From an uncultured Gemmatimonadales bacterium (GTDB taxonomy: Bacteria > Gemmatimonadota > Gemmatimonadetes > Gemmatimonadales > GWC2-71-9), in assembly GCA_963842945.1 (NCBI GenBank), contig CAWJIM010000005.1:148361-212360 (forward strand): a stretch of DNA of 64,000 nucleotides, in the 5' to 3' direction. Position 1 is the first letter of the stretch, and the number at the start of each line of letters is the position of its first letter. The position numbers and the translations under genes were made by a program. This document shows positions 40,701 through 54,020 of this stretch, piece after piece. The notes beneath the pieces are model-generated. The model had not been told where the DNA came from. It ran no database searches and saw nothing but the letters and a program-made list of their open reading frames with translations.

Positions 40701-42899
40701 AGCTGCTGACCATCTCCGGCCAGGGCCACCCTTCCGCCGTTGGTGCGAACGAAGCCGTCATAGGTAAGCCGGACTCCGTTCAGCGTCAGGTCGACTGAAC
40801 CAGAGGTGACCTCGAGCTTTCCCAGCCGCGACGGCTCAACCGTGACCCTGCCTTCCACCGAACGGCGGTTGCCCCGCACTCGGCCACTCCCGGTGGCACG
40901 CAGGGTGACCGGTCCCGCGAGATCTGAGCGACCGAGGAAGCTCCCGAGGTCTACTCCCTCGAGCGAGGCGGTGCGAAGAAGAAAGGTCTTGGTCTGAGCA
41001 AAGGGACGGGCATCGGCCTCCAGCCTGATGCGTCCGCCCTCGAGCGGCCCACCGAAAGCAAGGCGCGCTGCACCACGAGCCAGCCAAGCTTGTCCCGAGA
41101 GTTTCTCGATCCGGTGGGAGCCGTAACGCAGCTCATCGAGATCGAGACGGAGAGAGGCGACGGCCTGATCCGGTGCCGTGCCGCGTCCCCGGAGGGAGAA
41201 TCGGCCCGAGAGCGGGCCCATGGCCGTGTCCGCGCCGAGCCGGGGGCCAGATCCACCCGGTCGATCCTGCCATGCCGCACTTCGTAGGTCAGGGTGTCAC
41301 CTAGCTGCGCGACCGCGTGCGCCGTGACGGTGCCGCCGCCGGCGAGGAGCTCGGGGTTCAGCTGGGAGCCGCCCCCGTGCCAAAGCGAACGAAGCGTGTC
41401 CCAGGCTCATAGGGATCTTCTCCGGAGGTTTGGCAGAGCTGTGAGGGACAACCTCGCCCTTCACTCGGGCCGTCTTGGGTGAGAGTCCGGCACCGGCGAG
41501 CCGAAAGCGGACCTCGAGCGCGGACACTCCGGAGTCGCCGCTCAACTTGCGGGCAACAGCCCTGCTACCGGGGAGATCCGTCGCTGTTCCGCGGAGCCGA
41601 TACTCAGGAACCGAATCGAAGGGACGGATCCGCCCGGTTCCGGCGAGCGTCCCTTGCTCGATCGTGCCACGCCAGCTCACCGCGGCACTGCCGTTACGGA
41701 TATCGGCCTGAAGCCCGAGGCGGTGAAATCGAGTTTCCCGCCACTCGGGAAGGCGCGAGTCGGAGCTCCACCCTTCCGCCGCTCTGTTTGAGCGTGACTC
41801 CTCTGAGGTCGGCTGCGACGTTGCCGTTGAGGCTCCCCGAGGGCGCGGTCTTGTAGAGGCGAGCGGGGTCGAGCCGGCGCATGCTGCCGCGCAGCCGGTA
41901 GTCGGCTTTGCCTTTGGTCAGAGGTGCGACGCCGTCGAGGGTGAAATCTGCTCGTCCAGACGTCCGCCGAGGTGGGCAGTGACCAGCCCGTCGCCCGAGC
42001 CCCTCGCGCTCGCGTCCAGATGAAGGTCTCCCTCTTGAATGCCGCCGCGGGGACCACGGCAGCCAGATCGGCCAGGGCGAGCGGCGTTGCCTGGAGCCGG
42101 ACATCGAGCAGCTCCGCCAGGCGTGGATCCTCGAGATTTCTCGGCAGCACCACCCGCCCGGCGATCCGGGTCTCCTCTGTCTGGATCCGTGGCGGATCGA
42201 AGCGGAATTCGGCCGCGGTAATCGCGCCTCGAGTCGCCAGCGCGAACCAGCGGCTACTCCCCGGTGGCGAGAGGCCGAAGTTGAGCTGGTCGAGTGCCAG
42301 GAGCACCGTGTCGCCCACCACGAGATCGCGCCCCGCCAGGTTGAGTCCTCGGATCCGCACCACGGAGTCGGGGCTCAGCTCGGCCATCAGCTGCACATCG
42401 CGCAGCTTCAAGTTCTCGATTCGGATTCCACCGCCGTGCTTCGTCGTGTCCGCCGAGCTCTTGAGAGCAGAGGCCAGGTCCCAGGTTTTTCCCTCCCGAT
42501 GGGCCTCCGCCCGGGCGCCGCTCACAGTGAGTTCGCGCAGCCGGGTCACCGGGCCCCGCAGCTCTCTCAGGTCGTAGCCCAGCTCGAGCCGGTCCGGCCG
42601 CGCCAGCTCGCGATCTTCCAGATCAGCCGCACGTCCTCGAGCGCGAGACGATGACAGTCCCCGCTGACCCGTCCGACTTGGAGCTGGTAGCCGGGGTTGA
42701 ATGGAACGACGGTGATGATCCGGCGCACCGCCCAGGTCGCGACCGGCGGGAGTTGCAACAGGGCGAGGAGAGTGACTATCACAGTCAGGACGCTCGTGCC
42801 GATGATGGCAAGCAGACGAGCCCAGCGACGGTAAGGCATGGACTCCGATCGGAGAGAGGCCACACGAATTGTGCGGGTGGGAGTTACGTCCGTGGCCAT
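37784..42899 (-). CDS. tamB: Translocation/assembly module TamB-like protein (frameshifted)
   Basis: N-terminal TM (LLQLPPVATW), long beta-rich body, DUF490-like C-terminus (DILSYLVTGR, LGLDVFQI, AGRYV); adjacent to tamA. Confidence 0.85.
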
Positions 42900-42921
42900 G
42901 AGGGGATCACCCCGCTCACCG

Positions 42922-45864
42922 CTACCGCCCCATCAAGCCGGCGAGGAGCGTTCGCGCTCGGCCCACCTCACGCAGCAGCGACGGCTCGGGATTCGATCGA
43001 AGGGCGACGTAGCGCCGAAGCGGCTGAATGGCTGCCGTGGTATCTCCCGCCTGGAGCGCGAGGCGAGCCTGTTCCCTCAGGTAGGTTGAGTGATATGCGG
43101 GACTCAGTGGTAGTGCGACCCACTCACGGGCGATCGCCCGGCGGGCACCCGGGAGATCGCCGGTCGCTTCCCGCAGCCGAGCGGTCGCCGAGAACTGGTC
43201 ACCGGCCAGTCGGACGAAGACGTTGCTCGCGAGGTTAATCGAGTCAGCCCGGTCGAGTAGAGTGAGGTAATCCGGTCGGTGTTCCCGCCACGCGAGCCAG
43301 GCCTCCAGCAGGTCGGCACACACCGCCCGATCGTCATCCTGATATACCTCCTGATCCGCGAGACGAATCGGAGTGCAGCCGGTTCCAGCGCGCCTGAACG
43401 CCCGCCGAGTCTCCGCGACTGAGCGACCACAGTCCCAGACGACAGTGGGCACGCATGTGGGCAGCGGCGATGATGGGGTCGGAGGCTTTGGAGGACCCCG
43501 GCTTCGAGAGCGCCCGGACATCCGCGGCGGCGACGGCCGTGTCTCCATCCTGGAACAGGGCGTCGTCGATTCGCTGTTGCCGCGCCCACCCGGGCCACGG
43601 CTCTCCCGACTCGAGGCTGTCGGTGAGCGCCAGTGCTGCGGCGGGACGACCGGTATTGAGAAGCCAGTCCCGCCACCAGAGGCGGGCATCGCGCAGCTTG
43701 GATCCGGTTACCGCACGGCGCCGCATCTCTTCCAGCGCGAGCCGTACGTCTCCCAGCCCAACGCCCTCGGCCTGGCCAACGCCGGCGAGCCAGGCTCAGG
43801 CCCGGATCGAGCCATCGGTCCATCCGTTCACGCTGTCTCGCGATTCCCACCGAGTCGGCCAGAGCCAGCGCGAGGCGCCACCGCATGTAGTCAGCAAAAT
43901 CGCCTGAGATCGTGTCCTGTGCCGACCAGCGCCGTGCGAGCGGCCGGACATCGGTGGTATCCTCGAGATAAAATTTCGCAAGCAGCATGTGGTCGAGCGG
44001 CATCACGAAGCTGGAGTCCAGTTCCAGGGCACGGCTGAAGTTTCGTTCGGCGTTCTGGACCGCCCGCGGCACATCGTTGAGAGCGCCGTAGTGAAGCTGC
44101 TGATCCAGCCCAGCTGAACCCGAGCATCGACGCCACGTCGGGCGCGATCCGCACCGCGTCCTGCCAGGCGGCGAGGACGATCACCAGCGATGACGGCGCC
44201 GGATAGTTTGGACCCAGCCAGGCCCGAAGCATCGCGGCCCCCTTCGGGCTCAGCTTGGCGCGGGAGGCCCAGGCGAGCGCTCGGGCACGGCGCACGGACT
44301 CGGCGTCGCTGGTCCGAATAGCGGAAGCGATGAGGGTCGAGCGCCGCGAGCGCAAAGGTCGAATCCTCCCGCAGCGCGGCATTGAAGTCGGCCCGCGGCT
44401 TCCCGGTATCGCCCGCGCCGGTGCGCGGACTTGCCCTGGAGGTATTCGGCAATCGCAGCCGACGACGAGAACTCGCCGAGCATGGTCGTCGTCCCCCGAT
44501 CCTGGCCCGCCAGGAGTTGCGCCGCAACCCGATCCACCAGGGCCGGCAGTGAATCGAGTACGCCAGTGGCCGAGGCTTCGAGAGGACGTCCGCTTCCATC
44601 GGTGCGATGCAGCGACGCGCTCAGCTGCACGTTCGATCCGGAGCGAACCACCGTCCCGTCCAGCGTCAGACCTGCGCCGGCCCGCCGGGCGGCATCGGTC
44701 CCCGCATCGGGCGACACAGTCATCCGGGTTGAAAATGCAGATAGCTCAGGACTTGTCGCGTGGGCACCGCGTGCACGCCGCTCGAGCCGGCAAACTTGAC
44801 CGCGAGCAGATCCACGATTCCCTCAGCCAGGTAGTCGAGCGACCGGTCCGGCGCAGTCACCCGGAACGGTAGCACGGCAATCGCGTTGGATCGAGTGGAG
44901 TGGCGGCATGGGCTCTCCGCCGCACGACGCCGGCGGCGAGAACGAGACCCAGCACGATGAGCACCGCGGTCACCGCAATCGGAATGCGAAGACGGCGCGC
45001 ACGCGCGGGCGGCTGGAGCGAGGCGGGAGCGTCGAGCGCCGACAGCAGATCGTTGGCCGTGGCGAACCGGTCAGCGGGCAGCTTGGCAAGGAGACGCTGA
45101 ATCAGGTAATCGAGCTTGGGCGGCACGGTCTCCCGCAACCGCCGGACTGATGGCACCGGATCCATCAGCCGCTTTGCGACGATGGACTGCGCGGTGGGAC
45201 CCGTGTACGGTGGCTCGCCCGCCAACAGCTCGAAGAGCACGCAGCCCAGGCTGTAGAGGTCGGCCCGGCCATCGAGCCGGGTCGGCGGCGGCCTGCTCAG
45301 GGCTCATGTACGCGGGAGTGCCGAGCGCGAGACCGGTGTCGGTCAGGCGATCGCCCGCGCTGACCTCGAGCGCCGCGCCACCCCGAAATCGGCGAGCAGC
45401 GCATGATCCCGGCTCAGGAGTATGTTCTCGGGCTTGATGTCGCGGTGCACGATGCCGCGTCGTGGGCGTAGGCAGCGCGTCCGCGAGCTCGCGGGCCAGC
45501 GGACGACGTCATCCACCGGCTGCGGCCCTGCGCGACGCAGGCGATCCCGCAGGCTCTCACCCTCGACCAGCGGCATCGCGAACCAGAGAGCGGCTGGCTC
45601 TGCACCCGGCTCGGGCGGTACTTCGCCGGAATCGAGTACCGGCAGGATGTGGGGGTGCTGCAGCTGTGCGGCGAAGCGGATCTCGCGCAGAAATCGCTCG
45701 GCGCCGATGCTCGCGGAGAGCTCGGGCCGCAGCACTTTGAGCGCGACTGGTCGGTCGTGCCTCAGATCATGGGCGCGGTAGACGATCGCCATGCCTCCGC
45801 GTCCCAGCTCATCGTCGATGCGGTACCGATCGGCCAGGTGAGTCGCGAGGCGGGTGAGGATCAC
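42922..45864 (-). CDS. Ser/Thr kinase with TM and TPR-like sensor (frameshifted)
   Basis: LGRGGMAIVY, VALK, HRDIKPEN, DFG, GTPAYMSPEQ; TM; DSTFALA/DSSF repeats; start GTG inferred. Confidence 0.85.
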
Positions 45865-46023
45865 AGCCCGCTCCGGGTAGAGGAATGACTGGTATGTTCG
45901 CCAGGTCGATGAGTCCCGGCAAGTCGAAGTTACGCCGTGACCATGACGGAAGTCACCGCTCCTCTGGCGTACCGTCTCTCCCCCGCCGTATCCTGAGCCT
46001 GGTTTCCCCCAACAAGAGACACC

Positions 46024-47352
46024 ATGACCACCGTCCCTCCGATCATCCCGCCCGGCGTGGTCACGCAGGAGTTCCGCACTCCGCGTGCCGTCCGCCGCGG
46101 CGTCATCGCCGGCGTCGTCGGCAACATGCTCGAGTGGTACGACTTCGCCCTGTTCGGCTTCTTCGCCCAGCAGATCGGCGCGCACTTCTTCCCGGCCGCA
46201 CAACCCCACCGCCTCGCTCCTCGCCGCCTTCGGCACCTTCGCCGCCGGCTTCCTCATGCGGCCGATGGGCGGGGCGCTGTTCGGCTGGGTCGGCGACCGG
46301 TTCGGCCGCAAGCAGGCGCTGATGTGGTCGGTCCTCGCGATGGCGTTCCCGTCGTTCTTCATCGGCGTGCTGCCGAGCGCCGCGACGCATCGGCCTCGCC
46401 GCGCCCATTCTGCTGCTGCTGTTCCGGCTGATGCAGGGGCTCGCGGTCGGCGGCGAGTACATGGCGTCGTCGGTGTTCCTGGTCGAAGGCGCCGAGCCGG
46501 GCCGGCGCGGGTGGATGGGAAGCTGGGGGCCGTTCGGCGCCTTCGCCGGCACGCTGCTCGGCTCGGCGGCCGGCGCGATCGTGAACGCCGACGCTGTCGC
46601 CGGAGGCGGTGATGGCCTGCGGCTGGCGGATCCCGTTCATCCTCGGGCTCGGCGTGGGGCTCGGCGGGATCGCCATCCGGCGCTACTACGTCGAGCGGGT
46701 GCCCCACCAGCCGCCGGCCAAGTCGCCGCTGGACGAGGCGTTCCGGTCCCACTGGCGGACCATGCTGCACCTCATCGCGCTCGTCGCCGGCCTCAGCGTC
46801 GGGTTCTACACGACGTTCGTGTACTCGGCCACCTGGCTGCAGCAGGTGGCCGGCGTGCCGGCTCGCACGGCGCTCGGCATCAACACCGTGGCGATGGCGC
46901 TGTCGCTGCTCGCGTCGCTGGCGGCGGGCTGGCGAGCGACCGGATCGGCCGGCGGCCCGTGCTGGTCGGTCGGGGCGGGCGCGCTCGCGCTGCTGGCCTA
47001 TCCGCTCATGGCGCTGATGGCGCGGGGGCAGAGGGCGGCATTGTCGCGGGCGAGGTCGGGCTCGCCCTGCTGGTCGCGGCCGGCAGCGGCGCCCTGCCGG
47101 CCACGATGGCCGAGCTGGCGCCGTGGCGGGTGCGCTGCACCGTGCTCTCGGTGGCGTACAACCTGGGCATGGCGTTGCTCGGCGGGACCACGCCGCTGGT
47201 GGCGGCGTGGCTGGTCTCGCGGACCGGGGTGCGCTCGCGCCGGCGGTGTACCTGGCCGCGGCGGGGGCGTCGACTTCGTCGGCGCGCTCCTGCTGCCGCG
47301 GACTGCGCCGCACCGGCTGACCAAGGAGTTCGAGGCGGCGCGGTACCGATGA
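46024..47352 (+). CDS. MFS transporter, MHS/ProP family (frameshifted)
   Basis: GNMLEWYDF, F.MRP.GG..FG..GDRFGRK, QGLAVGGE, WRIPF, SDRIGRRP. Confidence 0.9.
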
Positions 47353-47542
47353 CCAACCGTGTGGCAACCCACGTTTCACCGGCGAACGCGGGGGTTTTTC
47401 CTCCCAGTGGTAAAATCGCTAGGGTGCGAATCGACGACCTCTCGTTCGTCGTGTGGGTACAGGGCTTCGAGGCTCAGGGTGGCGTTCGCCCTTGGCGCAC
47501 GCTTCCCCCCGGTCTGATTTCTAAACCAAAGGGGAAGGAGCA

Positions 47543-48300
47543 ATGACTGATCACAACATCGGCACCCGCCCAGAGTGGCAGGCGGCTCGCGCCGAACTGG
47601 CCAAGCTGGAGGCGAAGCACGCGGAGCTCAACGCGGAGATCAACGCAGGCGGCTGGAGCTGCCCTGGGTCCCGGTCCAGAAGGAATACCTGTTCGAGACC
47701 GAGGCCGGCCGCAAAACTCTTGCGGATTTGTTCGACGGGCGCTCGCAGCTCCTCGCCTACAACATCATGTTCGGGCCCGACTACGAGCTCGGCGCCTGCC
47801 CCGGCTGTTCCAACCTGGTGGATCATCTCGATCCCGCCGCGCTGCACCTCGGACACCGCGACGTGACCCTGATCCTGTTCTCCCGGGCGCCGATCGATCG
47901 GCTCGTTGCCTACAAGCGGCGGATGGGTTGGCAGCTCCCCTACGTCTCGACCTACGGGACCGACTTCCCGTTCGATTTCGGGCTCGCGCTCACCAAAGAG
48001 CAGGCGACGAAGGTGCCCCAAGATTACGGAAATGCTGGACGCTCCTCCCAAGTGGCTGCAGGACTGGGGAAGCAGACTGGCGCGAAGCTCGAGGACGGCC
48101 TCCGCGAGAGCCCGAGCTGGATTGCGTTCGCTCGCGAGAATGACACCGTCTACCACACTTACACCGTGTCGGCGCCCGATCCGTTCGTGGCTCCCTACTA
48201 CTCGTTCCTGCTGGAACGGACGCCGAAGGCTACCGACGAGTCCGAGCCGCGGGCGTGGCGCAAGGACGAGTACCCGGAGTCGATCGGAGCGCCGCGATGA
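47543..48300 (+). CDS. DUF899 thioredoxin-like protein (frameshifted)
   Basis: EWQAAR..L, LPWVPV.KEY.F, LADLFDGRSQL, CPGCS, SRAP, YK.RMGW, VYHTY. Confidence 0.88.
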
Positions 48301-49077
48301 TCCTGGCGAGGGACTCCATGATAGTTGGCGATCTTAATAGGTTTGAGGACCCCCCTATGCCCGCCGATGGAGAGACGCACGGCCTATGTCGCGGATCCGA
48401 TCAAGGATGGAGGCTGAGAACTGGCTCGCGAGACGACTGGCACTGGAAGGGCCCGGGTTGTGGACTGTTCGGGAGTACCATGAACTGGGAAAAAGCTGGC
48501 GCGAGATTACCGGCCGAGGGGGCCGAAATGGAGGGTAAAGGAATGGACCCAGAGGCCGGAAGGGAATCCGGTCTATGTGGTCACCCGCGGGGGTATTTCG
48601 GGATCCACCGAGTGGACGATCCCGAGAGAGCGTGTGAGAAAGCCGATGCCGTCATGCAAGCGCTGAACGCCCTGGATGCGGTGATGAGCGACGCTGGTGT
48701 AGGCCGTCGCGTGGGGGCTCCTAGCTAATCACTCATCTCCCTGACTGCCTGGGCGTGCCAATTAGTTATCCAGAGCTTGCCCTGCCGCAGCGGCTCGACG
48801 CATAAGCTCCATCTGCCACAACAGAATCTGCCGTTGCAATGGGGTCTCGGCCGCCGCAAGGGCGGCAGCCGATACGCCAGTCTCTGTGCTGTCGGTCGGT
48901 CGGGCGATCATTCCAGGCTCCGTTTGGGTTTCATGTGCTCTGCGTCAGCAAGGCCTTGATGCCACGGTCAGTTCTTCCACGTGTCAGCTGAGCGTGGAGG
49001 CTGAGTTCGACTGCAGCGACGGGAGCAGGCGAGGTGAAGAAACGTGCTCACCGCGCCTGCTTCCCACCTACGGTGTC

Positions 49078-49595
49078 CTATTTCTTACCGACAACTGAAC
49101 AACGATATACCTCGTCGGTCTCGATCAGAGTAATCGCCGGGTTAGGCCCCGCGGCGGCCGCCTCGATCTCGTCTTCCGAAATGAATTGATGAGGCGCAAA
49201 TCCCTCATTAAAGACGATGAGGATTTGATGCCACAAGGGATTGAATCCCTCGCCCTGGATAGCATTGATGACGGGAATGAAATCCTGTTCCTCGTCCAAA
49301 TCGTTAGAAGCATAGATTTCGTTGAGGTTCTGATTCTTCCCGATGATTGAGGCATTGGCGGTATTATCCGAAATTGCTCTTTCATATTGACGGTGAATAG
49401 CTCACCCTCGTAGTACGCGGGCATTTGACCTCCAGCGCCATTCACGCTTGCTTGAGCTGCGAGCATCCCGTTTGCCTGACCACCAGTCGAGGGCCCGGTA
49501 GGACTCATCCCACCATCGTGCTGACATGCGCTCAGCGAAATCGAGAGCAACCCAAGCGCCATGACTACACGCGCCGATTTCCATCCGAAGTTCAT
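49078..49595 (-). CDS. Hypothetical lipoprotein (frameshift near 49370)
   Basis: Lipobox LSAC; GQMPAYYEG, FIPVINAIQGEGFNPLW, YRCSVVG. Confidence 0.65.
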
Positions 49596-49686
49596 ATTCC
49601 GTCTCCTACGAGGTTCGTGATTGGACCAGCTCACAGTCAGAGATCTCGTCGCTGTTGAGACTTCAGCAGCGCGATGGTTATTCCCG

Positions 49687-50275
49687 TTACTGAACTCTTC
49701 CGTTGAAGTGCGCGTTGGCCACAGCCGCAGCCCACGCCCTGGACCCACAGGGTCTGGTCCCCGCGATCTCGGGCGCGAGATCGCTGTCCGACACGATCAT
49801 CTGGGCGGTGAACGACTCATCGATGCCATCGCCGGCCCGGTAGAAGTCGGCCAGGAGGACCGCCGTGTGGGCGCTCGTGGTGGCGACCTTCGGCGCGTCG
49901 GCGCCGGTGCACTTGAAGGTGGTGGACGCGAGCAGCTGTGCGGTGTCCCAGCGGACGCCCTCGCCTTTCTGGCATCCGGTCAGCGGGCCCCTGGGCGATC
50001 GGTCGGTGCAGTCGAAGCCGCCGCTGGAGACCAGCCGAGGTTTCGGTCGGCACGTGTTCGAAGCCGTACGCGGGTCGTAGGAGCCGCCGCCGGTGAGGCG
50101 GACCGCTCCGGTGGGGAATCCGCTGGCAGTTCCGTTGAAGCCGAAGGCGGCCCGTCCGCCGGCATTGAAGCTGGCCTCGACCGCGATCGGTCGGGACCAT
50201 GGCCCATCGCTGCAGGCGAGCACCACCATCCAGATCAGCAGGGACAACAGGGGAACGGCAACGCGCGACTGTCAT
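49687..50275 (-). CDS. Hypothetical secreted/lipoprotein (frameshifted)
   Basis: GGAGG RBS; LAC lipobox; GVRWDT, ADFYRAGDG.DESF. Confidence 0.6.
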
Positions 50276-50406
50276 GGAAGCCTCCTCGATCGGGTGTGAG
50301 TGTCCTGGATTTTGTGCCTGGTTCATGAGCCAATGGTATGAAAGACGACCGCCCGCCGTGATCGGCGGGCGGGGAGAACAGCGATCGGATTTTCGGGAGA
50401 GCGGTG

Positions 50407-51090
50407 TCAGGTCGGCCGGCTGACAGCGGCGACGCCGGCGTCTAGTGTGATGAGTCCGTGCAGCGCCGCGTAGCGGACCAGGTCGGCGTTGCTCGACGGC
50501 TCCCATCTTCTCCAGCACCCGGGTGCGATAGGTGCTGACGGTCTTGGGGCTGAGCTGCCAGCGAGCTGGGAGATCTCCTTGACGGTGCGCCCGGAGCCGA
50601 GCAGGCAGAGCACCTCGTACTCGCGATCGCTGAGCAGCTCGTGCCGGATGTCCCGCGACCCGGCTGCCAGGTCGGCGGCGAGGCGCTCCGCCAGCCCGGG
50701 GCTCACGTACTTGTTTCCCCGGTAGACCCGGCGGATCGCCTCGGTGAGCTCCTCCGGTGAGTGGTCCTTGGTGAGATAGCCGGAGGCGCCGGCGCGCAGG
50801 GCCCGCACCGCGTATTGATCTTCCGGATGGACGCTGAGCACCAGGACGGCCACCGTCGGGTGCTCCGCTCGAAGCCGTTGGAGCACCTCGAGGAACCGGA
50901 GCCCCGGCATGGTCACGTCCAGCAACACGATGTCGGCCGGCACCCGGGGAAGGCGCTCGAGCAGCTCCTGGCCACTGGCCACTTCGCCTACCACCTCGAG
51001 CCCGGGGGCATCCTGGACGATTCGCCGGAGACCTTCGCGCACCATGGGGTGGTCATCGGCGATAAGGAGTCGGATCATGATGTTCTCCAC
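50407..51090 (-). CDS. NarL/FixJ-family response regulator
   Basis: ADDHPMVREG, LLDVTMPG, GYLTK, LSDRE.EVL; C-terminal frameshift. Confidence 0.93.
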   Translation of the reverse strand: MENIMIRLLIADDHPMVREGLRRIVQDAPGLEVVGEVASGQELLERLPRVPADIVLLDVTMPGLRFLEVLQRLRAEHPTVAVLVLSVHPEDQYAVRALRAGASGYLTKDHSPEELTEAIRRVYRGNKYVSPGLAERLAADLAAGSRDIRHELLSDREYEVLCLLGSGRTVKEISQLAGSSAPRPSAPIAPGCWRRWEPSSNADLVRYAALHGLITLDAGVAAVSRPT

Positions 51091-52919
51091 CCCCCGGACG
51101 TAGCGGGATCCTCAGCAACGCAATCGTCCCGTGGTCCCGGATACCTCGGATGACCAGCTTCCCCCCGCAGGCGATCGCTCGCTCCCGGCTGCCGATCAAA
51201 CCCAGCGACGTGGACGATAGCAGGTCGCTCTTGCTGATCCCCCGTCCGTTGTCCCTGACCTCGAGCGTCAGCTCCTCTGCGCTCACCCGCAGCGCGATGT
51301 TCACCCGGGTGGCGTGCGCATGCCGGGCGACGTTGGTGAGCGTCTCCTGCAGAATGCGGAATGCCGTGGTGGCGCAGATGTCGTCCAGCTCGGGATGGTC
51401 GGCCTGCACCTCGAGCTGGACGGGGATGCCCGTGCTCCGCTCGAACTCCTGCGCCTGCCATTCCACCGCGGCCACCAGCCCGAGGTCATCGAGTACGCTG
51501 GGCCGAAGGTCGGTGGCGATCCGGCGAACGGTGTCCATCGCGCCGTCGATCCGGACGATGATCGATTGCACCCGCTCGCACCAGCGTGCGGTCCGTCATT
51601 CGCGACTTGAGCCACGCGAGGTCGATCTTGAGGCCGGTCAGCGCCTGGCCCAGCTCGTCATGGACCTCGCGGGCGATATTGGTGCGCTCCTCTTCCCGCA
51701 CCAGCTGAAGCCGGGCCGTCAAATCGCGCAGCTCCTGGCGGGAGCGCAGGATCTCGTTCTCCTCCTGCCGGCGCTGGGTGACGTCCCGCTGGATCCCGAA
51801 GTGGCCGATGAAGCGACCTTCGCGGTCGTACAGGCAGATGTAGTCGCCCTCGATGATCATGGGGCGGCCATCGAGGGTCCGCTCGTCGGTCTCCTGATGC
51901 AGATGTCCCGCGTCCAGGAATTCCCGCCAGCGCGCGCGGGCACCCGGGATGTCGTGCGCCAACAGCTCTGCCGGCGTGCGCCCGATCAGCTGATCCTCCC
52001 GGGCGGAGAACTGCGCCAGCACGGCGGCGTTGACCTTGGTGATCCGCTCGTGGGTGAAGATGTAGTCGAGTGCGGCCTCCTTGTCGGTGGTCTCGTTCCA
52101 GGCGAGCGGCTGGTCCAGCATCATGAAGAAGAAGCCGTCGAGCGACTGGGAGAAGAACAGCTCGAGCAGAGACTGGCTCTCCCGCAGCGCCTCCGCTGCC
52201 TGGCGCGACTCGGTGACATCCCGAAAGCTCCACACCCGGCCCACGCTGCGGCCGGCGAGCCGCTGCGGCTCGGACCAGCGATCGAACACCCTGCCATCCG
52301 CCAGCCGGATCTCGTCGGAGCACGACGCCTCGGGATCGGCGTATAGCTCCGCCACCCGTTGCATGAAACCGGACGGATCCTCCAGCTGGTGCAGCACCGC
52401 GCTCAACAGGTCGGCGTCGCGTCCCGAGGCGGCAGCCTGCGGTGGGATCCGCCACATCTCCAGGAAGCGCTGGTTGAAGCTCAGGACCCCGCCGGCGGGA
52501 TCCACCACCAGCAGCCCATCGGTCATGGACTTGAGCGTCGCCTGATGGAGCGATAGGGCCCGCGCGTGCTCCTCGGCTGCGAGACGTTGGTCGGTGACGT
52601 CCCGTACCAGGCAGTAGGAGACCGCGCGCTGATCCTCGAGCTCCAGCGGCGCGGCGACCAGGCACACCGCTGCCGGGCCTTCGGGGCCGCGCCAGCACCA
52701 CGCCTCGAGCTCGACCGCCTCGCCCCGGCTTAATTCATCGAGGGCGCTTTCCACTCCGTCGGAATCATCCAGGGTGCACAGCAGGTCGCCCAGCTCGTGC
52801 CCGACCGGCGAGGCGTCGCAGCCCAGCACCCGGCTGAATCCCGGCGTGGCGCTGAGCACCCTGCCGTCGGCGTCGAGCAGCGCCAACCCCGCGGGTACGA
52901 TGTCGAGAGTGGTATCCAT
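51053..52919 (-). CDS. Multi-PAS histidine kinase (HisKA_3; frameshift near 51580)
   Basis: EEER..IAREVHDELGQ, LRPSVLDDLGL, QE.LTNVARHA, DNGRG, GLIG.RER. Confidence 0.92.
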
Positions 52920-53004
52920 GGTGATGAAGTGAGGGTACGGCTCGTGCCGGCGGCGGTCAACTCCAGGAACGGTAGTCCGGCGTAGGACGCCGGACTACAT
53001 CGAA

Positions 53005-53718
53005 TCACTGGACCACGATGGTGCCGCGCATCCCCGAGCTCGGGGTGCCGTGGACGACGCAGAAGTACAGGTAAGTGCCCGGGGTCGAGAAAGTCTGGGA
53101 AAATGTGGTCGGGGGCGAGACCGGTGCTCCGTTGCCGGTGAACGTCGGGTTACCCGTGGGCATCACGTTGTGGAACCCGCTGACCCATCTCCAGGTGACC
53201 GTGGTGCCGGCGGGAATCGTCACGCTGGCCGGGTCGAATCGGTTGCCGCTGCCGTCGCTGACCAGCTGAATCTCGACCGGAGAGGGACCTCCGCCCGGAT
53301 TCCCGGTAGCGGTCGCGGTGAATCGCACGGGAGAGCCGTCGGCTCCGCTCACCGTGGCCTGAGCGCTCTGCGTGCCTGCCGCGGTCCCCAGGTGCCAGAC
53401 GCTGGTCGAGATTCCGTCCGCTCCGGTGGTGCTGCTGCTGGGAGTCATGGACGCTCCCGCACCGGTCGCGCTCCAATTGACCACGGCGCCGGCGGCCGGG
53501 ATGGCACCGCGAAGCACCACTATGCGCAAGGGATTCGCGAGATCCTGTCCTGCCGGACCGGACTGTCCGTTGCCGCTGGGCTCTGAGGCTGCCGCCGAGA
53601 GCGCCGCGGGGTCGGGGCCACCTCCGAGGTTGCTTCCGTCGTTGCTGCCGCAGGCGGCGAGCGCCCCCGTGAGCAGCAGGATCGCCGTGGTTCCGAAGCT
53701 TCGATTCGCACTAATCAT
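53005..53718 (-). CDS. Cupredoxin (plastocyanin/azurin-like) lipoprotein with Ig-like domain
   Basis: LAAC lipobox; FDP..VTI..GTTVTW, HNV, YFCVVHG....M type-1 Cu ligands. Confidence 0.85.
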   Translation of the reverse strand: MISANRSFGTTAILLLTGALAACGSNDGSNLGGGPDPAALSAAASEPSGNGQSGPAGQDLANPLRIVVLRGAIPAAGAVVNWSATGAGASMTPSSSTTGADGISTSVWHLGTAAGTQSAQATVSGADGSPVRFTATATGNPGGGPSPVEIQLVSDGSGNRFDPASVTIPAGTTVTWRWVSGFHNVMPTGNPTFTGNGAPVSPPTTFSQTFSTPGTYLYFCVVHGTPSSGMRGTIVVQ

Positions 53719-54020
53719 TGCCGCACCTTCCTCCGATGGGTGAGTCCCGCCCGCTCCCTGCATTGAGGGGTGAATGATGTGAAACCGGCCGAACTACCGA
53801 CATCAGCGGAGGAAGGAAGAGCGAGAAAGATTCTGGTGAGGGCATGCGTAGGAGGGAGGACTACACGTCGCCGGGGATCGAACCACGGGCTGTACTCTCG
53901 GCGGCTGGGCGACCTAGTGGCGGTGGACAGCAGCCCTGTGATCCGGATATTCGACTCTATTTTGTAAGCGACGAGATTGGACACCTGGATCCAGTCGGCC
54001 AAACCGGAATAGGATTGCGG

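Noticed and set aside
48745..48765. Sigma-54 promoter TGGCACG on the minus strand
   Set aside because: GG-to-GC spacing is one base short and no gene follows in that direction.
48255..49070. 157-aa and smaller ORFs between the DUF899 gene and the lipoprotein
   Set aside because: No recognisable motifs, no convincing RBS and atypical codon use; cannot be supported.
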